Shown here: positions 9,410 through 18,142 of the stretch, one piece after another
Layout of the letters: each line of letters opens with the position of its first letter
Numbering within the stretch: position 1 is the stretch's first letter
From: a virus
Taxonomy: Duplodnaviria; Caudoviricetes
Virus record (IMG/VR): IMGVR_UViG_3300027697_000060
Location: 1-26,394 of that record
Strand: one strand, 5' to 3'
Length of the DNA stretch: 26,394 nucleotides
Notes under the pieces: model-generated
What the model was told of the DNA's origin: nothing
The model's input: the letters and a program-made list of their open reading frames with translations, nothing else
Databases searched by the model: none
Program-made: the position numbers and the translations under genes

Positions 9410-9619
9410 ATGAAGCAAAAATTTATCGAGGTAGAAGTAATAGAAGGCGAAGACCTTAACATTGAGAACATGAAGCAACGTATCATAACTAGAGCATGGT
9501 ATGATACTGCTAGGTTTCATGACTTAAATGATATAGCAGTTGGTATTGGTGTAGGCACAAAAACTCTTTACTACTATGCTAAAAAACTAAAACTACCAAA
9601 GAGAAGTGGACTTAAATAG
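9410..9619 (+). CDS. small HTH (Fis-like) protein
   Basis: LNDIAVGIGVGTKTLYYYAKKL. Confidence 0.55.
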   Translation: MKQKFIEVEVIEGEDLNIENMKQRIITRAWYDTARFHDLNDIAVGIGVGTKTLYYYAKKLKLPKRSGLK

Positions 9620-9977
9620 GAACTATAAGAATACTCGTAAGTTCGACATAGAACAAGCTAAGGCTAAAGATGGCACTTACCAGGCATTGTTATTGTTTGC
9701 TAGGAACACAAAAATCCTCGTTATACAACAACCAAAAGCCCTAAAGCAGAAATATATGTGGCTTGAATATGAGAATAATGGTAAACCTAGTGGCATAGCA
9801 GACACAAGAGTAGAGTTCTTTGCTATCAACTTTGACCTTAAAGATAGAATCTACTTTATACGAGCTGAGATGCTTAGAATAAAGGCAAGAAGACACTTTA
9901 AATGGGGTAAAACTAAGATAGTCGAGGGCATAAGATATGTAAAAGTTCCAACTGTGGAGATGATACGTTTCGATTAA
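9606..9977 (+). CDS. hypothetical phage protein
   Basis: GTG-start ORF with LEYE..GKPSGI motif, possibly a degenerate PD-(D/E)XK fold. Confidence 0.6.
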   Translation: MDLNRNYKNTRKFDIEQAKAKDGTYQALLLFARNTKILVIQQPKALKQKYMWLEYENNGKPSGIADTRVEFFAINFDLKDRIYFIRAEMLRIKARRHFKWGKTKIVEGIRYVKVPTVEMIRFD

Positions 9978-9983
9978 TTGATG

Positions 9984-9991
9984 TAATTTCG
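9984..9991 (+). promoter_or_regulatory. possible -7 promoter variant TAATTTCG (near-leaderless transcript)
   Basis: One mismatch to TAnnTTTG, ending 5 nt before ATG 9997. Confidence 0.35.
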
Positions 9992-9996
9992 TTTAT

Positions 9997-10368
9997 ATGA
10001 CATACAAAACAGCAAGTGACTTAACCAAGATGATGCTAGAATATTTAGATAGTTTAGGTTATGAAGTATGGAGGAATAATAACCTAGCAGTTAAAGGAAG
10101 GTCTTTCATTGGTAAGAAAGGTTTACCTGACATCATAGGTTACCATAAGAACTATGGTCAGTTCATTGCTTGTGAAATTAAAGCTATAGGTGATAGGTTA
10201 AGTGTATCACAGATAGAGTTCTTAACTCACTTAGGTATGTGCGGTGGCACATCTATTGTATGTCAACAAGTATCAGACGGAACAATTAATTTAAACATAT
10301 TTTTAGACAATGGCGAAAGCAAAATCAGCATCTGGGACGAGTATAAAGGTGAGTTTCGGGAAGCGTAA
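9997..10368 (+). CDS. VRR-NUC-like PD-(D/E)XK nuclease (possible Holliday junction resolvase)
   Basis: GLPDIIG...FIACEIKA.GDRLS..QIEFL. Confidence 0.8.
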   Translation: MTYKTASDLTKMMLEYLDSLGYEVWRNNNLAVKGRSFIGKKGLPDIIGYHKNYGQFIACEIKAIGDRLSVSQIEFLTHLGMCGGTSIVCQQVSDGTINLNIFLDNGESKISIWDEYKGEFREA

Positions 10369-10441
10369 AGAAGGTAAGGCAAAGAAATCTTATAACAAAC
10401 ATAGTCCAAGACCTAAAGCATATCGTGGTCAAGGACGCTAA
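10310..10441 (+). CDS. small very basic peptide ending YRGQGR (43 aa)
   Basis: Manual translation MAKAKSASGTSIKVSFGKRKEGKAKKSYNKHSPRPKAYRGQGR; fills the gap before 10451; absent from the ORF track. Confidence 0.65.
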   Translation: MAKAKSASGTSIKVSFGKRKEGKAKKSYNKHSPRPKAYRGQGR

Positions 10442-10450
10442 ACAACAATT

Positions 10451-10663
10451 ATGGAAAATCAAGAATTAGAAAACAAATCAGAAAAAGTAACTAAGACAAC
10501 TAAACAAGAAGTTAAGGTTACTGTAGTTCCTAAGGAAAGCAAGTTTGTAACTGCTGAAACTATTAAGTTAGTTGAAGACATCTTAAATGATGGCACAGTA
10601 GACATCAAATGGAGAGCACAACTTAAAGAACAAGTAAGAAAATATAAAGGACATGGAGAATAA
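10451..10663 (+). CDS. hypothetical protein
   Basis: ORF in the operon. Confidence 0.7.
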   Translation: MENQELENKSEKVTKTTKQEVKVTVVPKESKFVTAETIKLVEDILNDGTVDIKWRAQLKEQVRKYKGHGE

Positions 10664-10856
10664 TTATGACAGCATAGTAGAGTCTGTAATTACTAAGTAT
10701 AAAGATAGAGCTAACTTAGGCTTTACTAAATACGGAACTAATTTAGACAGAACTGACTTAAACACCAAAGAATGGGCTGAGCATTTACAGCAAGAACTTA
10801 TGGATGCTGTATTATACTTAGAGAAATTTAAAGAAGGAATTAAAAATAGTTTATAA
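10653..10856 (+). CDS. MazG-like / all-alpha NTP pyrophosphatase-like protein
   Basis: G..KYGTNLDR...WAEHLQQELMDAVLYLEK (ExxD motif). Confidence 0.55.
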   Translation: MENNYDSIVESVITKYKDRANLGFTKYGTNLDRTDLNTKEWAEHLQQELMDAVLYLEKFKEGIKNSL

Positions 10857-10871
10857 ACCAAAACAAATATC

Positions 10872-11126
10872 ATGGCAACACAAAAAGAGAACTTCTTAGG
10901 AAGATGTTTCACACTTAGATCAGCTTACGGATCATTCAGAAAAGTATCATTCGGTCCAGAGGACTTAAAGAAACTTAATGAGTTCGCAGCATCTAACAAA
11001 GGATGGTGTTCTATCCTTATCAAAGACAAAAAGAACGCAGGACCTGAACAAAGTGATTTCTATTGCGAAATGGACACATTTAAAGCAGGTGATTATAAAC
11101 CAACAAACAAATCTTTACCATTTTAA
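10872..11126 (+). CDS. putative single-stranded DNA-binding protein
   Basis: Small beta-rich ORF ending in an SSB-like C-terminal LPF. Confidence 0.45.
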   Translation: MATQKENFLGRCFTLRSAYGSFRKVSFGPEDLKKLNEFAASNKGWCSILIKDKKNAGPEQSDFYCEMDTFKAGDYKPTNKSLPF

Positions 11127-11128
11127 TT

Positions 11129-11317
11129 ATGAATCCAAGAATTTACAAAGAAATAATCATCAACCTATTACTTTTATTAGTAGGTTTGTATCTACCATTT
11201 GCATTTATTATTAATAAGTACAACCCATTAGTTTGGGAATGGTATGAAAGATGTTTATACGTTATAGCAGTTGTAGCAACTATAGGATATGGTGCTAATG
11301 TTTATAACAAAAAGTAG
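11129..11317 (+). CDS. two-TM membrane protein
   Basis: Two hydrophobic segments; last gene of the + arm. Confidence 0.65.
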   Translation: MNPRIYKEIIINLLLLLVGLYLPFAFIINKYNPLVWEWYERCLYVIAVVATIGYGANVYNKK

Positions 11318-11343
11318 TATGTTTTGTTTGTAGTTTAATAGTT

Positions 11344-11373
11344 AGACCCTGCTATTCATAGTGGGGTCTTTTT
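11344..11373 (+). terminator. Rho-independent terminator (+ arm)
   Basis: AGACCCTGCTAT-TC-ATAGTGGGGTCT followed by TTTT. Confidence 0.8.
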
Positions 11374-11421
11374 GACTTATATAAACTAAACATATATCAA
11401 AAAGTGCGTTTTTTGACACAT

Positions 11422-11450
11422 AAAAAACCCCCAGATTTTACCTGAGGGTT
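11422..11450 (-). terminator. Rho-independent terminator (- arm)
   Basis: AACCC-C-CAG / CTG-A-GGGTT stem with an A run on + (U tail on -). Confidence 0.7.
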
Positions 11451-11493
11451 AACCAAAACTACACACAATCACACACCACACATGAGAGCTATT

Positions 11494-11766
11494 TTAATTA
11501 TGACTATTTCTAGTGTCATAAAACTTTGTCAATACTGATCCGTATAGGATTGCCTGATACCTTGTAATAAAGCTATCTACAGATTCATTCACATAGAAGT
11601 AATCTTCATTAGCCATATATACAAAACACCTATCATTGTCTTCTTCATCAGCCGTTACACTCGCCACCTGATAGATGTTGATATAAGCATCTGATTCCTC
11701 AGAGTTATCCTGGAAATCATAGCTTTCATCTTCCTCTTCGGTCAGTTGTATGATGTGCATTAACAT
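11494..11766 (-). CDS. acidic hypothetical protein
   Basis: MLMHIIQLTEEEDESYDF...; likely start 11766 or 11760 rather than 11811. Confidence 0.65.
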   Translation of the reverse strand: MLMHIIQLTEEEDESYDFQDNSEESDAYINIYQVASVTADEEDNDRCFVYMANEDYFYVNESVDSFITRYQAILYGSVLTKFYDTRNSHN

Positions 11767-11887
11767 TTGTGATACTATTTTTAAGTACAGTAAGTCGTAA
11801 TTCCCTAACAATCAACTCAAGCCTAGCTTCTAAGTGAGTCTTTTCTTTCATTAATTGGTTAATCTTAACGTCTACCTCTCTGTTCAT
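11726..11887 (-). CDS. small coiled-coil protein (53 aa)
   Basis: Manual translation MNREVDVKINQLMKEKTHLEARLELIVRELRLTVLKNSITNVNAHHTTDRRGR; absent from the ORF track. Confidence 0.55.
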   Translation of the reverse strand: MNREVDVKINQLMKEKTHLEARLELIVRELRLTVLKNSITNVNAHHTTDRRGR

Positions 11888-11888
11888 A

Positions 11889-11896
11889 CAAATTTA
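11889..11896 (-). promoter_or_regulatory. Bacteroidota-type -7 element TAAATTTG
   Basis: Exact TAnnTTTG in intergenic DNA upstream of the last two - strand genes. Confidence 0.45.
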
Positions 11897-11981
11897 CGAT
11901 TTAATTGATACTGAAATAAAAAGTGCATACTGCATTGAAAACCAATGTAATACACACTTTCTTATATTTACTAGACTATAG

Positions 11982-12689
11982 TTACTTTCTAGGTAACCTA
12001 ATAATCTTACTGCCTAGAGGCATCGGAACAAATATAGCAACTCTTCCGCCATCTAGAACAACTCCACAGCCTAATGTGGGTCTTTTGGGGAAAGGTCGTG
12101 AATACTCCATAGCGTAGGCATCAATATCGATACCACAGCCTACATTCATGCCGAATATCATATCCTTATCAGATGCACTATAAAGAACACCTCCAAAGCT
12201 ATGTATATGACCTATTACTGTTGATTGTCGAGCATCTCTTGCTCTATTGATTGCCCCTGCTTGTCCTGATGATCCTGTACCATGAGTATATAGAACACCG
12301 TCTATTTCCCATTCTAAAGCCCATTTCCAGCCTTTAGGAGCATCCCAAGCTTGTTCATAGGACTTGATAAAACGTTCTGGTAAACCGCTTGTTTGAGCCT
12401 TTCTTTTATGAAGGGCTGAGTGGTTACCAATACATACTTTTACGTTAGGGAATTGTTTGTACCATTTGTACATAGCAGCTTGTGCTAAGTCTGCTTCTCT
12501 ACCTGCTCCATGTCCGTCAGGTTTAGATTCGTGATAACTAATAGCATGATTGTCAACTTCATCTCCAATATGTACAACCTCAGAGCATTGAAACTTATTC
12601 GCTACTTCATAGCAAAAAGCTTTATAGCCTGGATGACAGAATGGTTCGTGAGTGTCCCCCACAATTAAAACGTTTTTAGATCTGCTCAT
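11982..12689 (-). CDS. calcineurin-like metallophosphoesterase
   Basis: GDTH, GDEVD, GNH, HG, GHIH motifs. Confidence 0.9.
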   Translation of the reverse strand: MSRSKNVLIVGDTHEPFCHPGYKAFCYEVANKFQCSEVVHIGDEVDNHAISYHESKPDGHGAGREADLAQAAMYKWYKQFPNVKVCIGNHSALHKRKAQTSGLPERFIKSYEQAWDAPKGWKWALEWEIDGVLYTHGTGSSGQAGAINRARDARQSTVIGHIHSFGGVLYSASDKDMIFGMNVGCGIDIDAYAMEYSRPFPKRPTLGCGVVLDGGRVAIFVPMPLGSKIIRLPRK

Positions 12690-12712
12690 GATTTATGGTT
12701 TTGGTGTGTTAG

Positions 12713-13279
12713 TTAAGCGTAAATAAGTAACGTATTATTATATGACTTATTATTTAACTTGCTTGAAAGTGTTTGCTGTTTTAAGTTATATAGTTTAGCC
12801 GCTTCTGAAACAGAACTATAAAATACACCATTTTGCACATTAACTACAATCTTTCCTTTATTAGAATATGTATTTCTTTTAGTTTCGTTTGCCTTAAAAA
12901 TACTTTCTTTTGTTAATTTATTTCCTTTGTGAGATTTAGATAGATTATCTATATGATTTTGACTTAGCTTTTTACCTTTATTCCAAACTTTAATACCTAT
13001 TGTACCATCACCTCCATCTGTCATATTAGATAATATCCCACTTTTATTATCAATTCTACCGTATAATGCTATTAATTCTTTTTCTTTTTCACAAGCTTCT
13101 TCCCAAGATAATTCATCGAAAATTACTTCAACATTGTAGCCTGATTTATTAGCTATTGTTTTCCATAATTTATTTCTACTTTTTTTACTGTATGCTCTTA
13201 AATAGTTTTTAGTTACACCAATGCCAATATAGAACGGTTCGTTCTTATCTAATCTTATGTGTCTATAAACGTATGCCAT
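12713..13279 (-). CDS. GIY-YIG-like homing endonuclease with NUMOD3 motif and C-terminal HTH
   Basis: YVYRH...FYIGIG, E..LI, N.TDGG.G, WNKGKKLSQNHIDNLSKSHKG. Confidence 0.8.
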   Translation of the reverse strand: MAYVYRHIRLDKNEPFYIGIGVTKNYLRAYSKKSRNKLWKTIANKSGYNVEVIFDELSWEEACEKEKELIALYGRIDNKSGILSNMTDGGDGTIGIKVWNKGKKLSQNHIDNLSKSHKGNKLTKESIFKANETKRNTYSNKGKIVVNVQNGVFYSSVSEAAKLYNLKQQTLSSKLNNKSYNNTLLIYA

Positions 13280-13728
13280 TAGATTTTGTGGTTAGAATAT
13301 ACAGTCTTATTGTTTACTTTTAAAGCATCTAATATCTGCCTTCTGTTCTTACCTACATTGTAACTTACATGAACCCATCCATAATTAAACTCGTTAATTA
13401 GCTGATCAAACTCAAGCTCATTCTTTATGTATTCAAAAATCTGTTTGTTAGTCACACCTGGCATATTATCCATATCTATATCTGCTGCTTTACCTTCGCA
13501 ATGCTGTGACCTTAAACTTCCACCTATGTAATGATTGAGAACCTTACTTCTATAGCCACTAGAAATGATGATAGGACCAAACTTCATTCTGATTGGTTCT
13601 AATACTCTTTCACAAAGAATCTTGATGTTCTTTATGTGTTCAGGAGTTGGTTCGTTAGATACTCCATGTCTTTTAGCTGATTCGCTACGAGTAAACTCTG
13701 CTAGATTAAAGTGTGCTGATAGTTGCAT
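13279..13728 (-). CDS. endolysin, peptidase M15A family
   Basis: LSAHFNLAEF, SGYRS, SQHCEGKAAD, WVHVSY. Confidence 0.9.
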   Translation of the reverse strand: MQLSAHFNLAEFTRSESAKRHGVSNEPTPEHIKNIKILCERVLEPIRMKFGPIIISSGYRSKVLNHYIGGSLRSQHCEGKAADIDMDNMPGVTNKQIFEYIKNELEFDQLINEFNYGWVHVSYNVGKNRRQILDALKVNNKTVYSNHKI

Positions 13729-13739
13729 GATGTACTAAA

Positions 13740-13934
13740 TTAGAACTTTTTCTTGTAGTGCTTTTTAATGAAAGCAAACATCTGCATTCCTAACCATACT
13801 ATAGTCATCAAATAAACGATTGTCTGTAAGAATGGATTGATATTTACAAACCCAAAAATATTAAGCCATGAGATAGCTGTGAATGTGATTCCTATTGGAG
13901 TTAAATCTGAGTTCAAATCGTTGAATTGTGACAT
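13740..13934 (-). CDS. putative holin / lysis membrane protein
   Basis: Two hydrophobic segments and a basic C-terminus; adjacent to the endolysin. Confidence 0.55.
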   Translation of the reverse strand: MSQFNDLNSDLTPIGITFTAISWLNIFGFVNINPFLQTIVYLMTIVWLGMQMFAFIKKHYKKKF

Positions 13935-13935
13935 T

Positions 13936-14133
13936 TTACTTCTTATTAAAAATTGTTGTTACTATACTTGCTGATAACAAAGTCGCAGAATACATCAATA
14001 GTGAATCAAAAGCAGTTTGTGATAATAACGCACAAAAGATGCCAATTATTGCACTTAATAATGCTAATAAACCAGCTACTCTTTTAGAGCTTACTTCACT
14101 ACCTCCTGAAACCATATCCTTGAAAAACTTCAT
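13936..14133 (-). CDS. putative holin
   Basis: SSKR followed by two TM segments; in the lysis cassette. Confidence 0.6.
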   Translation of the reverse strand: MKFFKDMVSGGSEVSSKRVAGLLALLSAIIGIFCALLSQTAFDSLLMYSATLLSASIVTTIFNKK

Positions 14134-14726
14134 TATTTACCTATTTTGAAATATAAGCTACCTGAGTATCCTATATTATTATTTTTATTAATATTTACAT
14201 TAAGACCCATTAGAGCCTTATTTTTGGCATTTAACATCAAACCAGGACTTAGTACTTCCAAGCCATTAGAAGGGCTAAAATCGCCTCTAAAGCCCCAATA
14301 AAGGGTATTCTTAGCTTTTTCAGTATAAAACTCCTTTACGAGTATGGTTTTTTCCTTGATTTGAGCTGTAAAAGACCTTGATTTGATGCTATTTTGTGAA
14401 ATAGTATCTTCTATGACAAAGGTATTAGAATCTTGTCTAATAGTGTCAGAATAGGCTTTTATGGTGTTATAATCCCTTAAAACAAAGACAGTATCATGTA
14501 CGTAATTCTGTACGGAATCTAGTATAACATAAGGAATCGAGTCTCCTTTCATCCACCTGGTGGTCACGTTGGTTTTGTAAATCGTGTCATGAATCTCTTT
14601 AATCTTATTATAGTTCCTTAAATCACTAAAGTCATACTTAACGTCTGACTTATGCGTATATTCATATAGGTACACGCATCCAAAGAAGCTAACAATAATG
14701 ATTAAATAGTCCTTAACAGTCCTCAT
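14133..14726 (-). CDS. membrane-anchored lysis-cassette protein (spanin-like?)
   Basis: N-terminal TM, repeated HDT/DT motifs, C-terminal amphipathic beta strands ending YFKIGK. Confidence 0.45.
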   Translation of the reverse strand: MRTVKDYLIIIVSFFGCVYLYEYTHKSDVKYDFSDLRNYNKIKEIHDTIYKTNVTTRWMKGDSIPYVILDSVQNYVHDTVFVLRDYNTIKAYSDTIRQDSNTFVIEDTISQNSIKSRSFTAQIKEKTILVKEFYTEKAKNTLYWGFRGDFSPSNGLEVLSPGLMLNAKNKALMGLNVNINKNNNIGYSGSLYFKIGK

Positions 14727-14731
14727 TATAC

Positions 14732-15061
14732 CTATGGATTAGAAAATGGGAGCGGAAGTGTAATCACAGGTGGGTTAACTTGATTCTCTATTTGAGCATC
14801 TAAATTAAGGTCTAAAGCCTCTGTGTCTATTGAATTGTCAAGCCAAGAACAAACTATGTCATAGGTTAATTCCTCGTAAGGGATAAAGTTAACAACATCA
14901 TCCTTTGAGAATGATTGACTGCCGTAAACACTTGCAAAGTATTCTACTCCGTTAATTGTTTCTTTAGCGTTACGATTCCAATGAACATTTATAACAAAAT
15001 CTTGATATTGCCCGTCTGTTGGCATACAATCAAGTTGATTTATCACCCAAAATTTACTCAT
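14732..15061 (-). CDS. tail-fibre-associated protein (possible chaperone)
   Basis: VHW...FIPYEELT..V.SW...LP; follows the fibre gene. Confidence 0.55.
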   Translation of the reverse strand: MSKFWVINQLDCMPTDGQYQDFVINVHWNRNAKETINGVEYFASVYGSQSFSKDDVVNFIPYEELTYDIVCSWLDNSIDTEALDLNLDAQIENQVNPPVITLPLPFSNP

Positions 15062-15072
15062 AATATTTATTT

Positions 15073-15528
15073 TTAAGCGTATTTATATCTATTTATTTTA
15101 TGTCTTGTTCCATTTAACCTACCAATAAGAGTTACTTTATTCATTCCTAATAAGTTTGCTAATTCAGTAGCCGAATCGTAAAATACTCCAGTTTCTATAT
15201 CTAAAACAACTTTCTTATGAACACTTACATTTAATCCGTATTTATAAGCGTGTAATTGATTCTCGCTATTGTTACACCATTCTAAATTAGATACATCATT
15301 ATTTAGCTTATTGCAGTCTTTATGGTTTACTTGTGTTTTGCCTTCTATTTTTTCAATAAAGCATTCAGCTATTAACCTATGTAACTTGTAAGTTTTAGAT
15401 TTACCATTAAATGATAAGCCAACTCTATAATAACCATTTTCAATAATAGGCTTTAAGAACTTTTTACTTTTATTAGAGTAAACTTGTCCGTTAGAATGAA
15501 TTGTGTAAATGCCTAATTCTTTTGTCAT
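15073..15528 (-). CDS. HNH homing endonuclease
   Basis: LHRLIA, VNHKDCNKLNNDVSNLEW; paralog of 8933-9406. Confidence 0.88.
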   Translation of the reverse strand: MTKELGIYTIHSNGQVYSNKSKKFLKPIIENGYYRVGLSFNGKSKTYKLHRLIAECFIEKIEGKTQVNHKDCNKLNNDVSNLEWCNNSENQLHAYKYGLNVSVHKKVVLDIETGVFYDSATELANLLGMNKVTLIGRLNGTRHKINRYKYA

Positions 15529-15529
15529 A

Positions 15530-18127
15530 TTAGTTTAATTTAGACTCTAAAGTTACGATTCTTGCTTCTAAATCTTTTATTATTTGATGACTTTCTTGGA
15601 TTGCTTTTACTGCTAATGCTAAAATACCATCATAATCAAGTCCATAAGTACCATTTTCTTTTTCTCCATCTCCCAATACTAAGTCTGGTATTACCTCTAA
15701 TACATCTTGTGCAATAAATCCTCTCCTTTGTTTATTAGGAGCATTTTTAAATTTAAACTTAGTTGGTTGTAATTTCAAAATAGATTCAATACCATTATCA
15801 AATTTATAATCTATTTCATCTTTTGTTCTTAAATCAGAAGTTCCACCACCTGTTGTACTCCATACTCCTGCAGTTGTTAAAGTAGCTTTATTAGAACCTG
15901 CCGTATAAAATCCAAATGTATCACCAATTGAAGCAGTACCTTGTCCTATAGTCCATCTATTATCAATAGTTTGGTCTGTTCTTCCTATGTTTATACTGGC
16001 TTCTCCTGTATTGTTTGATGTACTTGTAATTCTTAATTGTCCATAAGATTGAGAAGCTGTTTCTATATGTAATTTTGTTGCTGGTGAACTCGTTCCGATT
16101 CCAACGTTACCGCCATTAGTTAAAACCATTTTTTGAGTACCTGAACCTGAGCTTCCTGTATTAAAAGTAATACCATCTCCAATTATTCTTAAATTTTCAG
16201 GGTTACTTGCACTATTTGCACTTTTAATTGTTACAACAGAATCATCAAAATTCATTAATAATCTTCTCTCGCCACTTGATAAAACAGTAACATCTAATTT
16301 AGATAATGGATTACTCGTTCCGATTCCAATATTGCCATTGCTTAAAATGCGCATACGTTCGCTTCCGCCAGTTACTAATGCCATAGGGGTATGTGAGCCG
16401 CCAGTACTAAATTCAGTTTCAATTATACCAACACTTCCAGTATGGTTTAATGCAATAAAATTATTGTTACCATTAGCAATAACATTAAGTCCAAAATAAG
16501 ATGTTGCACTATTTGACTTTATAGCAACATTACCATAGAGAATAGGTGTTGAGCCAACTATTAAACTTGAACTAAACGTAGCACTTGTTCCGTTTAAAGC
16601 ACCAGTAAGTGTACCACCTGTTAAAGGTAGGTAAGCAGATAGGTTGCTTGTCAAAGCTAAAGTACCTGTTGCACTTGGTAAAGTATAAGTATAAGTTCCG
16701 TTGCCTAATGTACTACCAAAATTTACATTACTATTAAAATAGAAATTACTTGCATAAAAAGATAAAGGAGTATTTGCTGAAGCTGCGCTATTTTGTGCGG
16801 TTATCCTTGCACCTATTGATGGACTGAAATAAGGAACAAAAAATAAATCTCCTGTTGAACCTTTTAATTTCAATGCGTATCCTTGGTCATAAGTTGAAAA
16901 AGTAGCTACGTTATCTGTACTTGCGCTACCTGCTATTAATTGATTAGCCGTTAAACTATAAACACCTAAATTAACATTAGTTGTAGCACCTGTGTAAGGA
17001 ACATAACTTGACAAATTAGATGTCAATGCTATTGTACCACTTGCAGCAGGGAATGTGTAATTATAAGCTGTTGAAGAATTAAATCTTAGTTCATTTATTA
17101 ATGGACTTCCACCATTTGGCAACCCAACACTAAATCCATATCCAGTTGCAATACCTCCTAAATTAACATAACCAGCAAGATAAGAAGTAACATTATTTTT
17201 TAATAAAACACTACCATCTGCAATAATATTACTACTAAATATTTTTGCTCCTGTAATAGTTTGATTAGTATCTAAAGTAACATAATTACCAGCAGGTTGC
17301 TTACCATTAAACGTACTCCAATCAGTTGAACTCAATTTACCAGTATTTGTAGCCGAAGCAACAGGTAGGTTAAAAGTATGTGTATCACCACTTGAAACGA
17401 TAGCAAAGTTTGTTCCGCTTGTTCCTGTGGTTAAAAATTGTGATTGATCTGTTAAGTTATTTAAAGAAACCATCCCTTTAGACAAGGTAGTTACAACTTG
17501 ACATAAATGTCCATTCTCTGTATGTAAAGTAATTGTTCTACCACTTACGTTTACATAGATTCTAATTGCTAATCTATCCGTCAAAGCTAAAGTAGCAGTA
17601 GCCACAGGAATAGCAAAATAGTATGGTGCTATCGTAGTGCCTTGAGTAATATACTCTGGAACACCAACGCTTGAACCTAATAACGTAAAAGTTGTACCAT
17701 CGTACTTATAAAGTTCAGCATAGAAAAAAGGATTGCCTGAATTGTTATTTACACTAAAATAAAACTCACAATTAAAGTTACCGCCAGGAATCAATACAAC
17801 ATCAGGGTCATTAACATCAGTAATGTAATTCGCCACATATCCATTAGCCGATATAGCAATGTCAGTTCCAGCACCTATGATTGGTTCTTTACTTAATTCT
17901 CTATAAGCAACCCCACCTATTGTACCTTGTGAAACACTTGAATTAAGATAGTAAGAAACCGAACTACCTCCACCTGTTGATGTAGGGAAATCCGCTAAAG
18001 TACCATCTCCTCGTACATATTGAGAAGCAGCACCATCTAAAGCGGTTATTACCCCACTATTAGCCACTACTGGACCTTGTATATCCCTAATCTTTGCTTC
18101 GCCTGATACCTGTAATTGTGAACTCAT
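15530..18127 (-). CDS. tail fibre with C-terminal intramolecular chaperone (peptidase S74-like)
   Basis: G/T/S-rich; GNIGIGT / GNVGIGT repeats; SDLRTK...GFIAQDV...coiled-coil C-terminus. Confidence 0.88.
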   Translation of the reverse strand: MSSQLQVSGEAKIRDIQGPVVANSGVITALDGAASQYVRGDGTLADFPTSTGGGSSVSYYLNSSVSQGTIGGVAYRELSKEPIIGAGTDIAISANGYVANYITDVNDPDVVLIPGGNFNCEFYFSVNNNSGNPFFYAELYKYDGTTFTLLGSSVGVPEYITQGTTIAPYYFAIPVATATLALTDRLAIRIYVNVSGRTITLHTENGHLCQVVTTLSKGMVSLNNLTDQSQFLTTGTSGTNFAIVSSGDTHTFNLPVASATNTGKLSSTDWSTFNGKQPAGNYVTLDTNQTITGAKIFSSNIIADGSVLLKNNVTSYLAGYVNLGGIATGYGFSVGLPNGGSPLINELRFNSSTAYNYTFPAASGTIALTSNLSSYVPYTGATTNVNLGVYSLTANQLIAGSASTDNVATFSTYDQGYALKLKGSTGDLFFVPYFSPSIGARITAQNSAASANTPLSFYASNFYFNSNVNFGSTLGNGTYTYTLPSATGTLALTSNLSAYLPLTGGTLTGALNGTSATFSSSLIVGSTPILYGNVAIKSNSATSYFGLNVIANGNNNFIALNHTGSVGIIETEFSTGGSHTPMALVTGGSERMRILSNGNIGIGTSNPLSKLDVTVLSSGERRLLMNFDDSVVTIKSANSASNPENLRIIGDGITFNTGSSGSGTQKMVLTNGGNVGIGTSSPATKLHIETASQSYGQLRITSTSNNTGEASINIGRTDQTIDNRWTIGQGTASIGDTFGFYTAGSNKATLTTAGVWSTTGGGTSDLRTKDEIDYKFDNGIESILKLQPTKFKFKNAPNKQRRGFIAQDVLEVIPDLVLGDGEKENGTYGLDYDGILALAVKAIQESHQIIKDLEARIVTLESKLN

Positions 18128-18142
18128 TTATATCTATTTTAT

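Noticed and set aside
9326-14149. Alternative-frame ORFs 9326-9520, 10664-10912, 10978-11214, 11923-12117 and 13928-14149
   Set aside because: They overlap better-supported genes and have no motifs.
15530-18127. Diversity-generating retroelement target in the tail fibre
   Set aside because: No reverse transcriptase in the window and no ~100-bp template/variable repeat pair differing at adenines was seen.
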